DNA from: Schmidtea polychroa
Lineage: Eukaryota
Direction: 5' to 3'
DNA length: 64,000 nucleotides
Assembly (NCBI GenBank): GCA_044892525.1
Contig: CM097885.1
Location: forward strand, 19,160,001 to 19,224,000
Shown here: positions 16,355 to 29,400 of the stretch, piece after piece
Position numbering within the stretch: position 1 is the stretch's first letter
Layout of the letters: the number at the start of each line of letters is the position of its first letter
Notes under the pieces: model-generated
Database searches by the model: none
Told to the model about the DNA's origin: nothing
What the model saw: the letters and a program-made list of their open reading frames with translations, nothing else
Made by a program: the position numbers and the translations under genes

Positions 16355-17290
16355 TTGTTTGATATGTATATTATAAGGTTTGAAAAATTTAAACCTTGGA
16401 TCCTTGGACTCTTTGACCTTCAAGCTTGGACCATCATACTCATCTTTGAATTACCTTTTGTTTGATATGTACATAATAAGGTTTCTAAAATTTGAAACTT
16501 CGACCCTTTGACTCTTTGACCTTCAAGTTTGGACCATCATACTCATCTTTGAATTACTTTTTGTTTGATATGTATATTATAAGGTTTTAAAAAATTTGAA
16601 CCTTGACCCTTTTGATGGAATGACCTATGAAGGTATGACCATCATACTCACCTTTGAATTACCTTTTATTTGACATGTATATATCTATATGTATAATTTT
16701 TAAAGGTTTTCAACCCTTTGAAGGTTTGAAGGTTCAGGAGCATTCATAAACCTTTGAAAGTATGACCACGATACTTACATCTCGAATACTTTTTGTTTGA
16801 TATGTATATTATAAGGTTTTAAAATTTTTGAACCTTGGACCCTTCGACCTTTGGACCTTCGAACTCACCATCAAAAGTCCTTTTGAAATATATATATATA
16901 TATAATATGGTTTGAAAAATATTTAATTTTGGACACCTTTTGAAGGTTATTGACCCACCATATACCTTTGAGGGTATAATCATTAGGTAGACCTCTCAAA
17001 TACCTTTCGAATGATACCCTTGGGTGAAGGTTCGACCTTATTTGACCTTTGGAAATTTAAATATGACCTTGATGAATCATCCAATGACCTTGAATGAGTC
17101 ATGGTCTTTGTTTCAATGGCCTCGGTGAGTCACCCAATGACCCTGAATAAGTTCTAATTACCTTGATGAGTCATAATGTCTTTGTTTAAATGACCTTGAA
17201 AAATGTACTTTTAGACTTAGAAAAAAATTTCATTTTGGAAGAGGGGTGTGCCAAAGGTGACATGTGCCAGTGGTGACACATCCTACTACT
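16355..17290. repeat. Degenerate tandem array (about 100-bp units) ending in a Maverick-like terminus
   Basis: TTTGATATGTATATTATAAGGTTT...GACCATCATACTCATCTTTGAATTAC recurs about 5 times; the block ends ...GACACATCCTACTACT at 17290 (reverse complement AGTAGTAGG). Confidence 0.6.
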
Positions 17291-19189
17291 AAAGAAATCT
17301 TTTTATTGAAATGATTTTGTAAATAATTAATTTTGAAGTTACTTTTAAACATAAAATCTTTTCATATAATAATAAATAATAAACTTACTTTAATTCATAT
17401 TTTCATGTAGAAATAATATCTAAAAATCATTTTTAAGTATCTTTTATTGATATTAAAATTTTCTTTAAAAATAATTAATTAATTAATTAAAATGTATTCA
17501 TTAAAACTAAATAAAAATTACAGTTTAAAATAACTTTAAATAAATTTCATTCATATAATTTTTTTCATCCCAATATTCATACTACAAAGATTTATTGACT
17601 GACACCAAGTGTTTAGAAATTGCGTTTGCCGTGTTTGTATGTTTCATAAATATTTTCTATCCTATCTTGAAATCTAGAATAAATTGGCGGGTGTAATGGT
17701 TAAGCATACGTTTTAAGCATACATATAAGTTTGTGTTTTCTATAATATGAAATAATAATTTTCTTTTGTTATATGCGGTTTTTTTGAATTACAATACGAT
17801 ATAAAAGCGCATAAATTACGGAAAATTTAACCATAAACTAAGGTCTATATAAGAAATAATTAATTTACATACATAAAGAAAAATAATCAGATGAGGTTAA
17901 GGACATTAGTACAAATTTATTGCATCTTATCATTTTCAAAAAAAAATTATTTTAAATGATCTGAAATTCTGTTTATAAAAAACTTTAGAAAAAAATTAAT
18001 TTAATAAAAAATATATTTATTAACTTATCATCTGTTCATAATATTTGTCTTTGTTGCACATAATTTATGCGCTTTGGTGTATAATGACATGAAACACGCG
18101 TCACTTCATTGGATAATATGTATATTTATAATACATGTTGCATTTTTAAAATTAGATTTTTAGTTATATATCTTTCCCAAAAAATAAGGAAGTCAACAAA
18201 ATTTATTTTATCAGATATTAATAGTATGAATATCATTAAACTCACTGCTGGAGGTCCAAAACGTTGAAAGCGATGTGTTAATTTATAATTGTTGGATCAG
18301 TAAACGCTATGATGGAAACAAGACATATAATTGAAGAAACCCGGGACTACTGGAAAGTTTAAATTTTCTTTGACGTCAATTAAAAAAAACGATCAAAATA
18401 TTTGGGAAAACCTAATTTAATTTTAAAAGTAAATTCATTTTCAACAAGTCCGTCTTCATTAATTAAAGTTACCACAGTTTACCCATCAATTAAGGACGTA
18501 CCGCTGGTTTCAGTTTTAATGGAAATTATCACAACAAAAATGGGAATAATTAATTAATTTCATTCAATTACTGCTAATAAAAAGAAACTTTAAAACAAAT
18601 ATACATTTAAATTAAAATTTTAATTAAATAAAAAAAGTTACTTAAAAATAAATTGGCTATGTTCATGAACTCAATTATTTTATAATATTATAAAACATAC
18701 AGTTAATTCCGGTTTAAATTAAAAATCATATTGTCTGATATAAAAAGAAATATGACTGGGTTATACTATAATCTTTTATAACAATACCCCAATATAAAAT
18801 ATCCAAAAATAGTATTAAAAATTTAGGATGATTTTTAGCCAATGGAAATTAACTAAAATATTTAATAAAAAATCTCAAGTCCCTGTATTGAGATTTCAAA
18901 ATTATTCGAAATAAATTTAATAAAACAATTGGGATAAAGTCAGATGTAAAGCATTGATGATAAAATCTTGAGATTCTAAAATAAACGTTCAAATTGAAAT
19001 GATTCCAGACATTATTAGTTTTTAATTAATTTTTGTCTTATTTTGATTACAAACCCGACTACATAATTTTGGTTTATTATATTAACTATATTACTTATAG
19101 AAGTTGAGGCAAGAAAATATGATAATTATTTCTTATTTAAAATGTTGTTAATGAAAATAGAAATTGACAAAATAACGTATCATTTTTGA

Positions 19190-19640
19190 GTATTACACGA
19201 GTCAACGCATAGAGTGTGGTACCCCCTCTCCTGAATCTAAAACAATACCGGTAGTTTTTCATGAAGCATAAATTGACAAAACAGCTTGGATAGTAATATA
19301 GAGCAGGAGTATTGAATGTTTCAAACATGATTGGAATCATTTTTTCTCTGTAAATTTTTGGATTCAGTGGTCCTTCCGTGAAAAGAACTAGATGCTCTTC
19401 TAGCACAATTCTCAATTCATTGAAAAATTTATGATGCCAGATCATTTTTATATCATCTCTGTCAGTAACAATGGGATGTTCAATGGGATATTTTATCGTC
19501 AAAATATATCTTTATGATTGTGTATTTTTGGCCGCGTAACTATTTTTCTGGCCTATTTCAATCACAATACCTTGATGAGAAGATCTTTCGATAATACATG
19601 AAAAGACAGTGCATGGAGCATCATCATTTGATAATTTGGA
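19190..19640 (-). pseudogene. Actin pseudogene fragment (about residues 20-175)
   Basis: [105 protein letters not shown] aligns with actin; in-frame stop and a downstream frameshift; no intron in the aligned part. Confidence 0.9.
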
Positions 19641-22600
19641 TATGAACATATCCAAGAATTAATATCATAAAACATTTTGAATATCGAATTAATAAATTTC
19701 CAAAAACAATTGAATTCAAACGAGCAAGAACGTATTTTTTCCAAATCAAACAAAACCCTCTCGCATTTTACAATTCAAAAATCATTAATCAAAACATAAT
19801 CGATCAAATTCCAGAATAAATCCACAGAGAAAATCAAATCGATCACTAAGTTCCAGAAAAAAAAAATAAGCTCACAAAACAAACTCAATTACTTGCATCT
19901 AAAAAAATCAGATAAAATATGTGTGCGCACACAGACACGAATAGTCAGAATTAACCAGTTCCCGAGACATCAGTGCCTTTTACCCTATTTATCATCAACA
20001 ATATATAAAAATTATTTATTTTTGTTTGGCCTTCCTGAATGGAGTCGTTAACTTTGATCATTGAATGGTAACAGTTGAGATATTGTTTTCTGTTTTTTTG
20101 TATGAATAGGGGGCCCTGTACTTTTAAATAGGATGAATTTAATGCCTCGAGGTTTTGTTCTTCTTTAAAGATTTTAGAAACCTTTTAGAAATCGTTGAAT
20201 GTCAATTCACAAAATCATATTGAGTACTTATGTGAAAAACAGACTCACATTACTTTATAGGTTCCTTTGAAAAGTGTATCAAACACTATTTGGTCACTAT
20301 AGTTGACTTTGAGCTTCGTGTCACTGTAATCTTCTACTATCAAAAGCTTTGACGTTGGTAATATGATGATCTCGTATTTAAAAGAATAAAAAAATGATAA
20401 AAAAATTAAAAAAATTGAAAATAACTTTAATTTCGAACTTAAATTAAGATACAACCGAAATACAGATAATTCAAATAGAAAGACCAAAATCTCCAAATTA
20501 ACATTTGAAGTAAAAACTCAAAATTTTCAATTTTTTATGTTAATTAGCTATAGATTTCTAAAAAATATTTTATTTTTTAGAAAAAGTTATTAATATATTC
20601 ATTAAAGTGAAACAATCTGAAATAGTATACTTTCAAACAAATAATTATAGCCCAAAATCAGATATATTGAATAAACATATTCAATTTTTGATTATTGAAG
20701 TTTTTCTTTGATTTTTCAATAGTTACAGATGAAAACTACTAAATAGAAGCACAACTAGTGATACACCTAATTCCGAATATTAAAAGTTTCTATAATCTTA
20801 AAAAAATCGATAAAATTATAATATAGGAATACACAAACTTATCTGTGTGCAAATATTTAATGTTCCGAAAGTTAAAAGTTTCATTATAGGAATTGAGAAA
20901 GTGACAGAAAAATAATTTTACATAGAAACACAGCACACATAAAATAAAATACATGCAAATTTATTATAGTTTTTTTTATTCCGAAAGTTAAAAGTAATTA
21001 ACATTATTATTATTATTATTATCTACTACGTAATATTACATATTTTATTTTATCACAAATAAAAGTTTTGTAATTTATTTTAAATTAAGGACAATTTTTG
21101 ATCAACAAAAAAATGATTCCTCCTAAATTCAATTGTCGATGCTTTCAAAATTAACTTTTTTAATTCTATTTTAAAAACAATACAATACGGAATCCTTTGC
21201 AAGGTTTTCAATTATTTCATAAAAATGAATTAATAATTTTTTTGACATTTTCTAAAATTAATTGTTGGTATTTTTATTATGCAGTATTTTTATTAAGCAC
21301 AACAAATAAATTTTTTAGTTACTTGTTAAAATAAATTTCTAGATTTTTGGTAAATAAATAATTCCTTGAATAATTTTATCGTTACTGAAAACCAGTTTAC
21401 CAATAAAAATATTTAAATATTCTTGTTTCACTTTGTAGTTTGACATAAAATAATACTAAAATAAACGAATGAAATAAAACAATAAATTTCGTATATTTTA
21501 ATAAAATTTGTTAATATTATATTAATTAACGCTAATTTTTAAATCTAAATGGAATACAAATATTTTCTAAATATTTTGCCATAGATCACAACATTGTGTC
21601 TAAAATTGAAAATAAACATTAATACCACGCTGAGTTTTAATTTAAATTCAGAGGCGGGATACATTCATGGGTATTGTAATTAAATTTATTTGTTCGTAAT
21701 GATTTTAACAGATTTAGTACTAATTATGACAAAAATAGTATAAATTTTTAGGCTTCGGATTGTATAATCTAGAAAAGAAGTATTATTAGTTTAAAAGCTA
21801 TTATTAATGCAGATCAATCATACATGCTCATTGCACACACAAACATCCCGCATCAGTCATCATACAATGAGGCTATTGTAACCTGGTTAGACAATTGATT
21901 TATCACTAAATTCTCTTACATATTTTATCTGTTTAAATATATATCCTACTAATCTTTCGTGCATTACCGGTTATGAATGTTTGATCTAGAATATTGTAAA
22001 ACAACTAATACATAATTTAATTAATTTACTTTCAAATAAATTTCTAAGAAAATCAATTTCAGAAGAATTTGTAACATCATTTTAATTTGATATAAATAAA
22101 TTAATTTTATTAATTGCTTGATTGATTTTATGAATAAATTTCTCAACGAAGCCTTTCATATTTTCACTCAACATAACATTTTTAATTTATTCACGATAAT
22201 GAGTTTTGCATTTTGTATTAGAATGAGTTTGTTTTTGGAAGAAATCATAATTTATTTATTTTATTTTTTTTTTCGTAATCGTCATAAATCAGCTTGACAG
22301 AGAGCGTGATTGTTAATTATTGATGTGATGCTCCATCAGTTACTGACGAAAGTTGAAAGATCAGTTGGGTGTGAAGAGTTTTGGTTTTCCTTATCCTTTG
22401 CAAAATAACTGAGAAATGGCGAACAAAAAAACCCATCAAACACTTACATTGGATATATTTATGATTTATTGTAAGAAATTATCAATAATTAATTTTGTAA
22501 GTCGAATATATAAAAATAATAATTAAAACATAATGTGGGAAAATCTTTTAAATTAAAATTGATTAAATTAATTATTGAAATTTAAGTAAAAATAAAAAAA

Positions 22601-23497
22601 TTATCTTTGTGTTTTCTATTATAATTTTTCTATTAATTAAAATAGTGATTTAAAAATTTAAATAAATTATAAAATATATGTTAATTCGAACAAAACTAAT
22701 AATATTATAATTTCTAAAGTCCAATAAAACATCATTTAGTTTCTTGCAAATTTGTTGTGTAATTATTATTGTCGGTTTTGCCAATTTCTTGTATTAAATT
22801 TATTAGAAAATCTTTCTTTCTTTCTAAATTAAGGACATTTTGTTTCTGTAAAATTTCTTTCACAGAAGATGGCATTTTGACATAAATCCCTAAACTTGAC
22901 AGGCAACAAAAACAAAAAATCCATTTAAATATTGGATAAATTAGTGATCTCTGGAACATATTTTTATAACGCCATAACACCAAATCAAAAAATCACATTG
23001 CTCCGACGAAACTGGGAAATTTACTCAGGTTCCTGACAGTTAATGTTCTTGAGATATTTTAAATAATTATATTATTATTACAAATAAATATTATTTTTAA
23101 AGGCTTGTTAAATTTTGTGTTTTTACTTTAAATAAATATTTTTTTTAAATATTTTGTCATTTGTAATTTTTTAATTGATATTTTAATTTAATTAAATTCG
23201 GTCGGCAAGTTTTTTATTTTAATTTTAATAATAATAATAATTACAATATGAATGGTTTTTATATTAAAGAAATTTTGTAAATATATATTAAATTTAATGA
23301 AAACAGTTTGTTTAAATATAAAATTTCTAATTGCTTAATTTTGAAAAATTTAATATACTTTCAAATTTTTATGAAATTTTTAAGATTTTTGATGATTTGT
23401 TTAAAAAAGTATTATTAAAATCTAATATAGTTTTTCTTTCCAAATTGAATATGAAAACGAACCTTTCAAAATATATTGTATAAATGATATTAAAAAG

Positions 23498-24762
23498 CGC
23501 CACTCAAACGTTCGTTTTACGATATATCTCGACAGTTTTCCTGTTATTATCAGGAAAGATATAATAACTATAGAAATTATAGATTTTTGAACAAATTTAT
23601 TAATTATATTAATTATATCAAATTTTTATTAAAAATATTTTATTCTTTATAATTTATAATTCAAATAGTAACTTATTTTTTTAAATTATAGCAATCAAAA
23701 ATTAAAATTTTAAAATATTGAAATTCAAAATTATTCAGTTTAATAATTTAATAATTATTTAGTTTAACAACAAAAATCTATACATACAATATATAGAAAT
23801 CTATTTACAAACTTTTAAAAAACAAGTATTCACTGGATTTTGAACGTTAATTTTTAGATTTAATGACTTTATCAATAACGCTTCACAAATTACAGGTTTA
23901 TAATAATTAATGAAATTTTTTAATAAAATCTTAAAAACAGACATACCAATTTTTCTCTTATTGTTCTCACTAATATTGGTCATTGCTTTCGGTCTACAAT
24001 GTTCTCGAGCTCAAATACAGAGAAGACGGGAAGTCTTTCCAATGTATGTGACATTACACCCATTACACGTAAACGGATAAACAAAATCAGAACATAGTTC
24101 AACCAGAGTTTTAGACTTATTAATAAACATATTGAGTAGTTTACATGAATTTGACACAATCCTGTAATGTAAGTTCCCTAACTTTATGCTTATCTTCTCT
24201 TTATAACCTTTCAAATCATCTGAGTATGGCAATACCAACACAAATTTAGGCTCATCATCCTTACTCACACTATTTAATTTATTTAACTCACCAAACCTTC
24301 ACAATAAGCGAAGAGAAAAATAGGTATTTCTGATTTTAAAATTTTATTAAATATTTCTTAATAATTATTGAGAACCTGTAATATGTGCATCGTAATTAAT
24401 AACATCAATAGATCCGAAGATGAATGTACAAAATCCAATGAATACATATGTTTTAAATGTTTTTAAATAGTTTTGTATATTGTATGTATAGATTTTTGTT
24501 GTTAAACTAAATAATTAATAAATCATTAAATTGAATAATTTAGAATATCAATATTTTAAAATTTTAATTTATTGATTGCTACAATTAAAAAAAATAATTT
24601 ACTATTTGAATTATAATTTTTATAATTTTTTTTAAATTTGATATAATTAATAAAATCAATAAATTTTTTCAAAAATTTATAATTACTATAGTTATTATAT
24701 CCTCCTTGATGATTACAGCAAAACTGTCGAAATATATATTAAAACGAGAGTTTGAGTGGCAC
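23498..24762 (-). mobile_element. Truncated Penelope-like retroelement with inverted terminal repeats
   Basis: 24011..24268 encodes VYPFTCNGCNVTYIGKTSRLL (GIY-YIG) and 23801..23983 encodes ICEALLIKSLNLKINVQ; about 23498-23845 and 24430-24762 are diverged inverted copies, an arrangement typical of PLE pseudo-LTRs. Confidence 0.8.
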
Positions 24763-26085
24763 TTTCTTATAATATTTAAATAAATATGATTTTTTGTTTT
24801 TTTCATTATAAATTAAATTAATTTTTTCGATTTCGAATTTTAAGAGTCCTGGAATTTCTAAGTAATTAAAAAATTTGCAGAACAATACTAATATGTAATC
24901 TTTATATAAATTAGTTAAGAAAAAACTAAATACCATATTTTGTAACTGAAGAATCGTAATCCAAGTAAAAAATTAATTGTTTTTTTAATCTATGACATTA
25001 AACCTGGCTCATTCGTGACATTATCTAAATTTTGTCTCTTTCTAATTTCTTTTCAGTAATTTATCATTCATTCATGTAAAGTTTATCTGATTACAACTAC
25101 GAAAATCATCTAGATCATTTCAAACAAACAATAAACAGTTGTATATAAACCCAATCAACATTTCCTCAATTAAAATAATTTAATTTATTGCTGGTTTTGC
25201 ATCAACAAAATGTCATGGAATATCCTATCATTATCCCTTCGTTTATCTCTTATTATCTTTTCGGTAGATTCTGAATAGAAGTAAAAATTAAAAATAATTT
25301 CATAAAATTACTGAAGTTGTGAAAAAAAAATTTTATGATGTGAATTTTATTTTAATTAACCTTTCAGAATTTAAAAATTTTTTATTAATAAATAAATTAT
25401 GAAATTAATAATAAAATTACTATAATTATATATATATATATAATAGCTACAGTCTGTCAAAAATGACAGACTTTGCTTAGAAATCATATTTTTCAATCCA
25501 AATAAATAATTCTCTCAGCATAATAAAATTTGTAAGTACAAAGAAAGTTGCTTTAAAATGTGATACAATTCTTATTTATTTTATTTCAACAACTTTTTAA
25601 TGATATATTCAAATTTGTTATTAATTTAACAATTTATAATTTTTTAATATTTATATTAAAATTACAATTATAATTGTACTTACGTCAAGTAATCAGTCAA
25701 AATTTGAATTTTCAAAAATACATTATCACAACTGCATTATTAATAAATAAAAAATTTATTGCTGAAAATTCGTGAATATCAAAAACATCGATATATTTAG
25801 TGATTCATAGTCAAGCTTTTTAATAAATACAATAACAATTGAATGAAATCAGTGGTTAAATTTGTAAAAGTTCTTATAATAAGATTTAATAGTATAAAAC
25901 TTATCAATTTCAATAAAATTTTGCTTTATGGAGAATTATATTGGTTGAATGATTTTCTGGGTATGTGAATTATATTTTATATAATACATACTATGAACTC
26001 CAAAATAAATATTAGGTTATGGGCAAACATAGGTAAATTTATTCTTTTAATATTTCATTTATTTTTATTATAATCAGAGATCAAA

Positions 26086-26418
26086 AGTAGTGAGGAATCT
26101 ATGCACCCCAGCACCCCCACCCTAAAAAAAAACAGCGCTATTGACCCATATTTTCCACATTTATATGCTTTTTTACCCCATATTCTTCACTTTTTTTAAC
26201 TTTTAAACTTTGTCCCCTATTGCCATTAACCCTTAATTTCTTCCCTTAAAAGTAAAAAAGTTCGGAATAGATGTATTTATAGATTAGTAATTCCGAGAAA
26301 AGGTAACGGGGTGCATAGATTCCTCACTACTTGGTCTTAAGGATTTAATGTTATAAGGATTTAATGTTATAAGAATATCAGATTACCTAATTCATAATGA
26401 TCTAGGTCGCCTGATCAC
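26086..26418 (+). repeat. Left terminal inverted repeat (333 bp)
   Basis: Exact reverse complement of 40359-40691 on base-by-base reading; contains a 16-bp tandem duplication TAAGGATTTAATGTTA (26338-26369). Confidence 0.97.
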
Positions 26419-26491
26419 TTTTAGATTTAAAAAAAATAAAAATTAATATCAAAACCAAAACATCGTATCCAACCAAAAAATTCTTTTAAAA

Positions 26492-29400
26492 ATGGAAGCT
26501 ATTTTCAATTGTGAAATTTGTGAAAAAAATTTTAAAAATAAAACTGCTTTAACATCTCATAAAAAATCAAAAGACCATTTAATAAAAGCTAACACACTAG
26601 ATGACACTAATTCCAAAATCTGTTCTAAATGTAAGGATAGATATTTATTTTCAGGTTATAAGAAGCATTTTAAAAATTGTATTGGAGTTCCTAAAAACAG
26701 AGAAATATTCGAATGTTCAGCATGTGGAAAAAAGATGAAGATAAAATCTTTTTACTTAAGACACATAGAAGATTGTGGTCTTGAAGCAAAAGATTCTGAT
26801 TCAAACTCAATGACTGAAAAAGCTGAAAAACTAGAGTTTAATTGGGACAACTTCAATCACACCGATGTAATTGTAGAAGTAAAACGAGGACCCAGATCAA
26901 TCATGCAATATATAAGAGAAAATAAAAAAAAAATAATATCATCAATGGATGATGCTATAAAAAAATTTGGTAGATCAAGATTTAATGTTATAAAAGTTAA
27001 ATTTACAGGAAATGCAAAATACTGGAGAGGAGATGATTCAATCGCAATGCCTCTAGATGTAAAAATTGAAACCTCATATAAATATTTATTTTCTACAAAA
27101 GCAGGAAATAAACTTGTTAATGATATAGCTAAAGAATTGGAAGAAAAACAAGAACAGGTGGAACAAGAACTAGGAGAATCTAATTTAAGATTCCACTCTT
27201 TTCAAAATATAGAGATTGAATACTGGAGAGGCGCACCACCAAATCCTAAATCTTTTATTCACACACCATTCACCTCCAACCATGTTATAAATGTACAGAA
27301 TAAAGATAATAAATGTTTTCAATGGTCAATACTTGCACACTTACATCCTCAAGCAACTAACCCACAGAGAGTTCAAAAATATGAAGAATATGAATCTGAA
27401 TTAATTTATCCAAAAGATTTTTCCCACCCAATGAAAATTGAAGATGTTCCAGCATTTGAAAAATTAAATAATCTTAAAATTAATATTTATCAATTCATTC
27501 CAACCAAAATTACAAAAACTAGAAAAAATAAAAATTATAAACACATTATTCCTATTTACATTTCTAACATGGAAATCTCAGATGAAAAGAGAGAAGTAGA
27601 TCTTTTAATATTAGAAGAAGGTAAACCAGATGAAGACTTTGATGGAGAAGAATATGGTGAAGAGGTTCAAAGCGTTCACCCGAGGAGAGAAGCAGAAGAA
27701 GGCATTTCATTAGAACCAGAAGCAGAAAGCACTGCGTCCGGAGGCACTATGTTAGATAAAAAACTTCATTATATCTTAATAAAGAATTTTCAAAGTTTTA
27801 TGAAAGGAAACACACTCATTCGTGGAGGCATATGTTGTAAAAGATGTTTATATCATTCAAGTTCAAAACTTGCTGCTATTAAACATGAGAGACTCTGTTG
27901 TAAGAATCAACCTGCTTTAATAAAAATGCCACACAAGAAAAATGCTAATATGAGGTTTAAAAACTATTCCAATCTATTAGAAGCATTGGGAGTGGTTTAT
28001 TGTGATTTTGAAGCTATAAATGTAAAACTAAGACGAACAAAAACTAATACTGTAAAACTAACAAAACAATTACCCTCTGCTTATAAAATGTTTTTTAAAA
28101 GTAATTATCCAGAACTTGTAGAATCTAGAGAATATTCATTTAGAGGAACTTCTGACAAAGAGACTCTAGATCATTTTGTTAAAACTTTAAATAATCTAGA
28201 ACATGAATTATATATAATATTAAAATCCAACTTTCCTATGAATTTTTCAGAAGAACAAGAGGAAGAATATAAAAATGCAACACACTGCTGGATGTGTAAA
28301 CAAGAGTTTGATATTCAGGAGGAGGAGGATGAGAAGCCAAAGGTTGCAGACCATGATCATTTTAAAAGAGAAAATAATTACAGAGGAGCAGCCCATAAAA
28401 AATGTAATCTCAATTGTAAAAAACCAACACACATACCATTTATATTTCACAATCTTTTTGGCTATGATATTCACCTATTCATTAAGCATCTGGCCGCAAA
28501 TGCTAAAAACTCTTTCAAGGTTATTGGACTTACAAAAGAAAAATATAAAAGCATTCAATATGGATGCTTTAAGTTTTTGGACTCGTTAAATTTCTTAGGG
28601 ATGTCTTTGGATGGGATTGCTAAAACTATGAACCCTGAGGATTTTAAATATACAAAAGAACATGTGTTATTAAAAAACAATATTCCATTAGAGGAATATA
28701 ATACCTGTCTAGCAAAAGGAATCTATCCATATGATTATATAGACTCCTTTGAAAAATATAATGAATTACTCCCACCCCAAGAAGATTTCTTTTCTGTTTT
28801 AACACAATCAGGGATTTCTGATCAGGAATATTCCCGTGCAGTTAAAATGTGGAATCTATTCAACTGTAGAAACCTTGGAGAATATACTGACATGTATCTT
28901 TCCTTGGATGTTTATATCTTAGCTGATTGCTTCGAGACATTTTCAAAAGCTTTTGAATTAAAACCTTATAATTATATAACCGCTCCCTCTCTAGCTTGGG
29001 ATATATTATTATATACCATATGGACTGATGAAGATGTAGCAGTAAGAAATAAAACTATTGAATTATTAGTTGAGCTTGATATGTTTAATGTATATAAACA
29101 TAATATTAGAGGAGGTATTTCTTCAGTACAAGGGAATAGAGAAATAAATGCTAATAATTTTACAACTCTTTATCCTAAATTTTTCAAAGATCCTGATGCT
29201 CTATATGTAGAAATAACAAACCCAGAAGATCGTAAGGAAATAATGGAAGGTCTTTCTAATCCTTCTGAAATAATGTATATAGATGCAACAGCTTTATATG
29301 CGGGAGTAATGACTCAATACCTTCCAATTGGCAAGTTCACCTGGAAAGAACCCACTGAGGAATTAATACAAGAAATTCTAAAAACACCAAAAGATTCTCA

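Noticed and set aside
16355..16870. CRISPR-like array (also considered for 51930-52250)
   Set aside because: Units are similar along their whole length with no unique spacers, there are no cas genes, and the context is eukaryotic.
18240..25280. Possible scattered minus-strand exons of a host gene (e.g. 20245-20380, 22732-22960, 25150-25280)
   Set aside because: Some splice-like signals and faint cadherin-like words, but stops intervene and no coherent gene model could be built by eye.
28247..28589. Overlapping or antisense ORFs within pPolB, and similar ones at 32862, 34414, 35182, 36034, 36315 and 56447-60193
   Set aside because: Shadow frames of real genes with no recognisable motifs.
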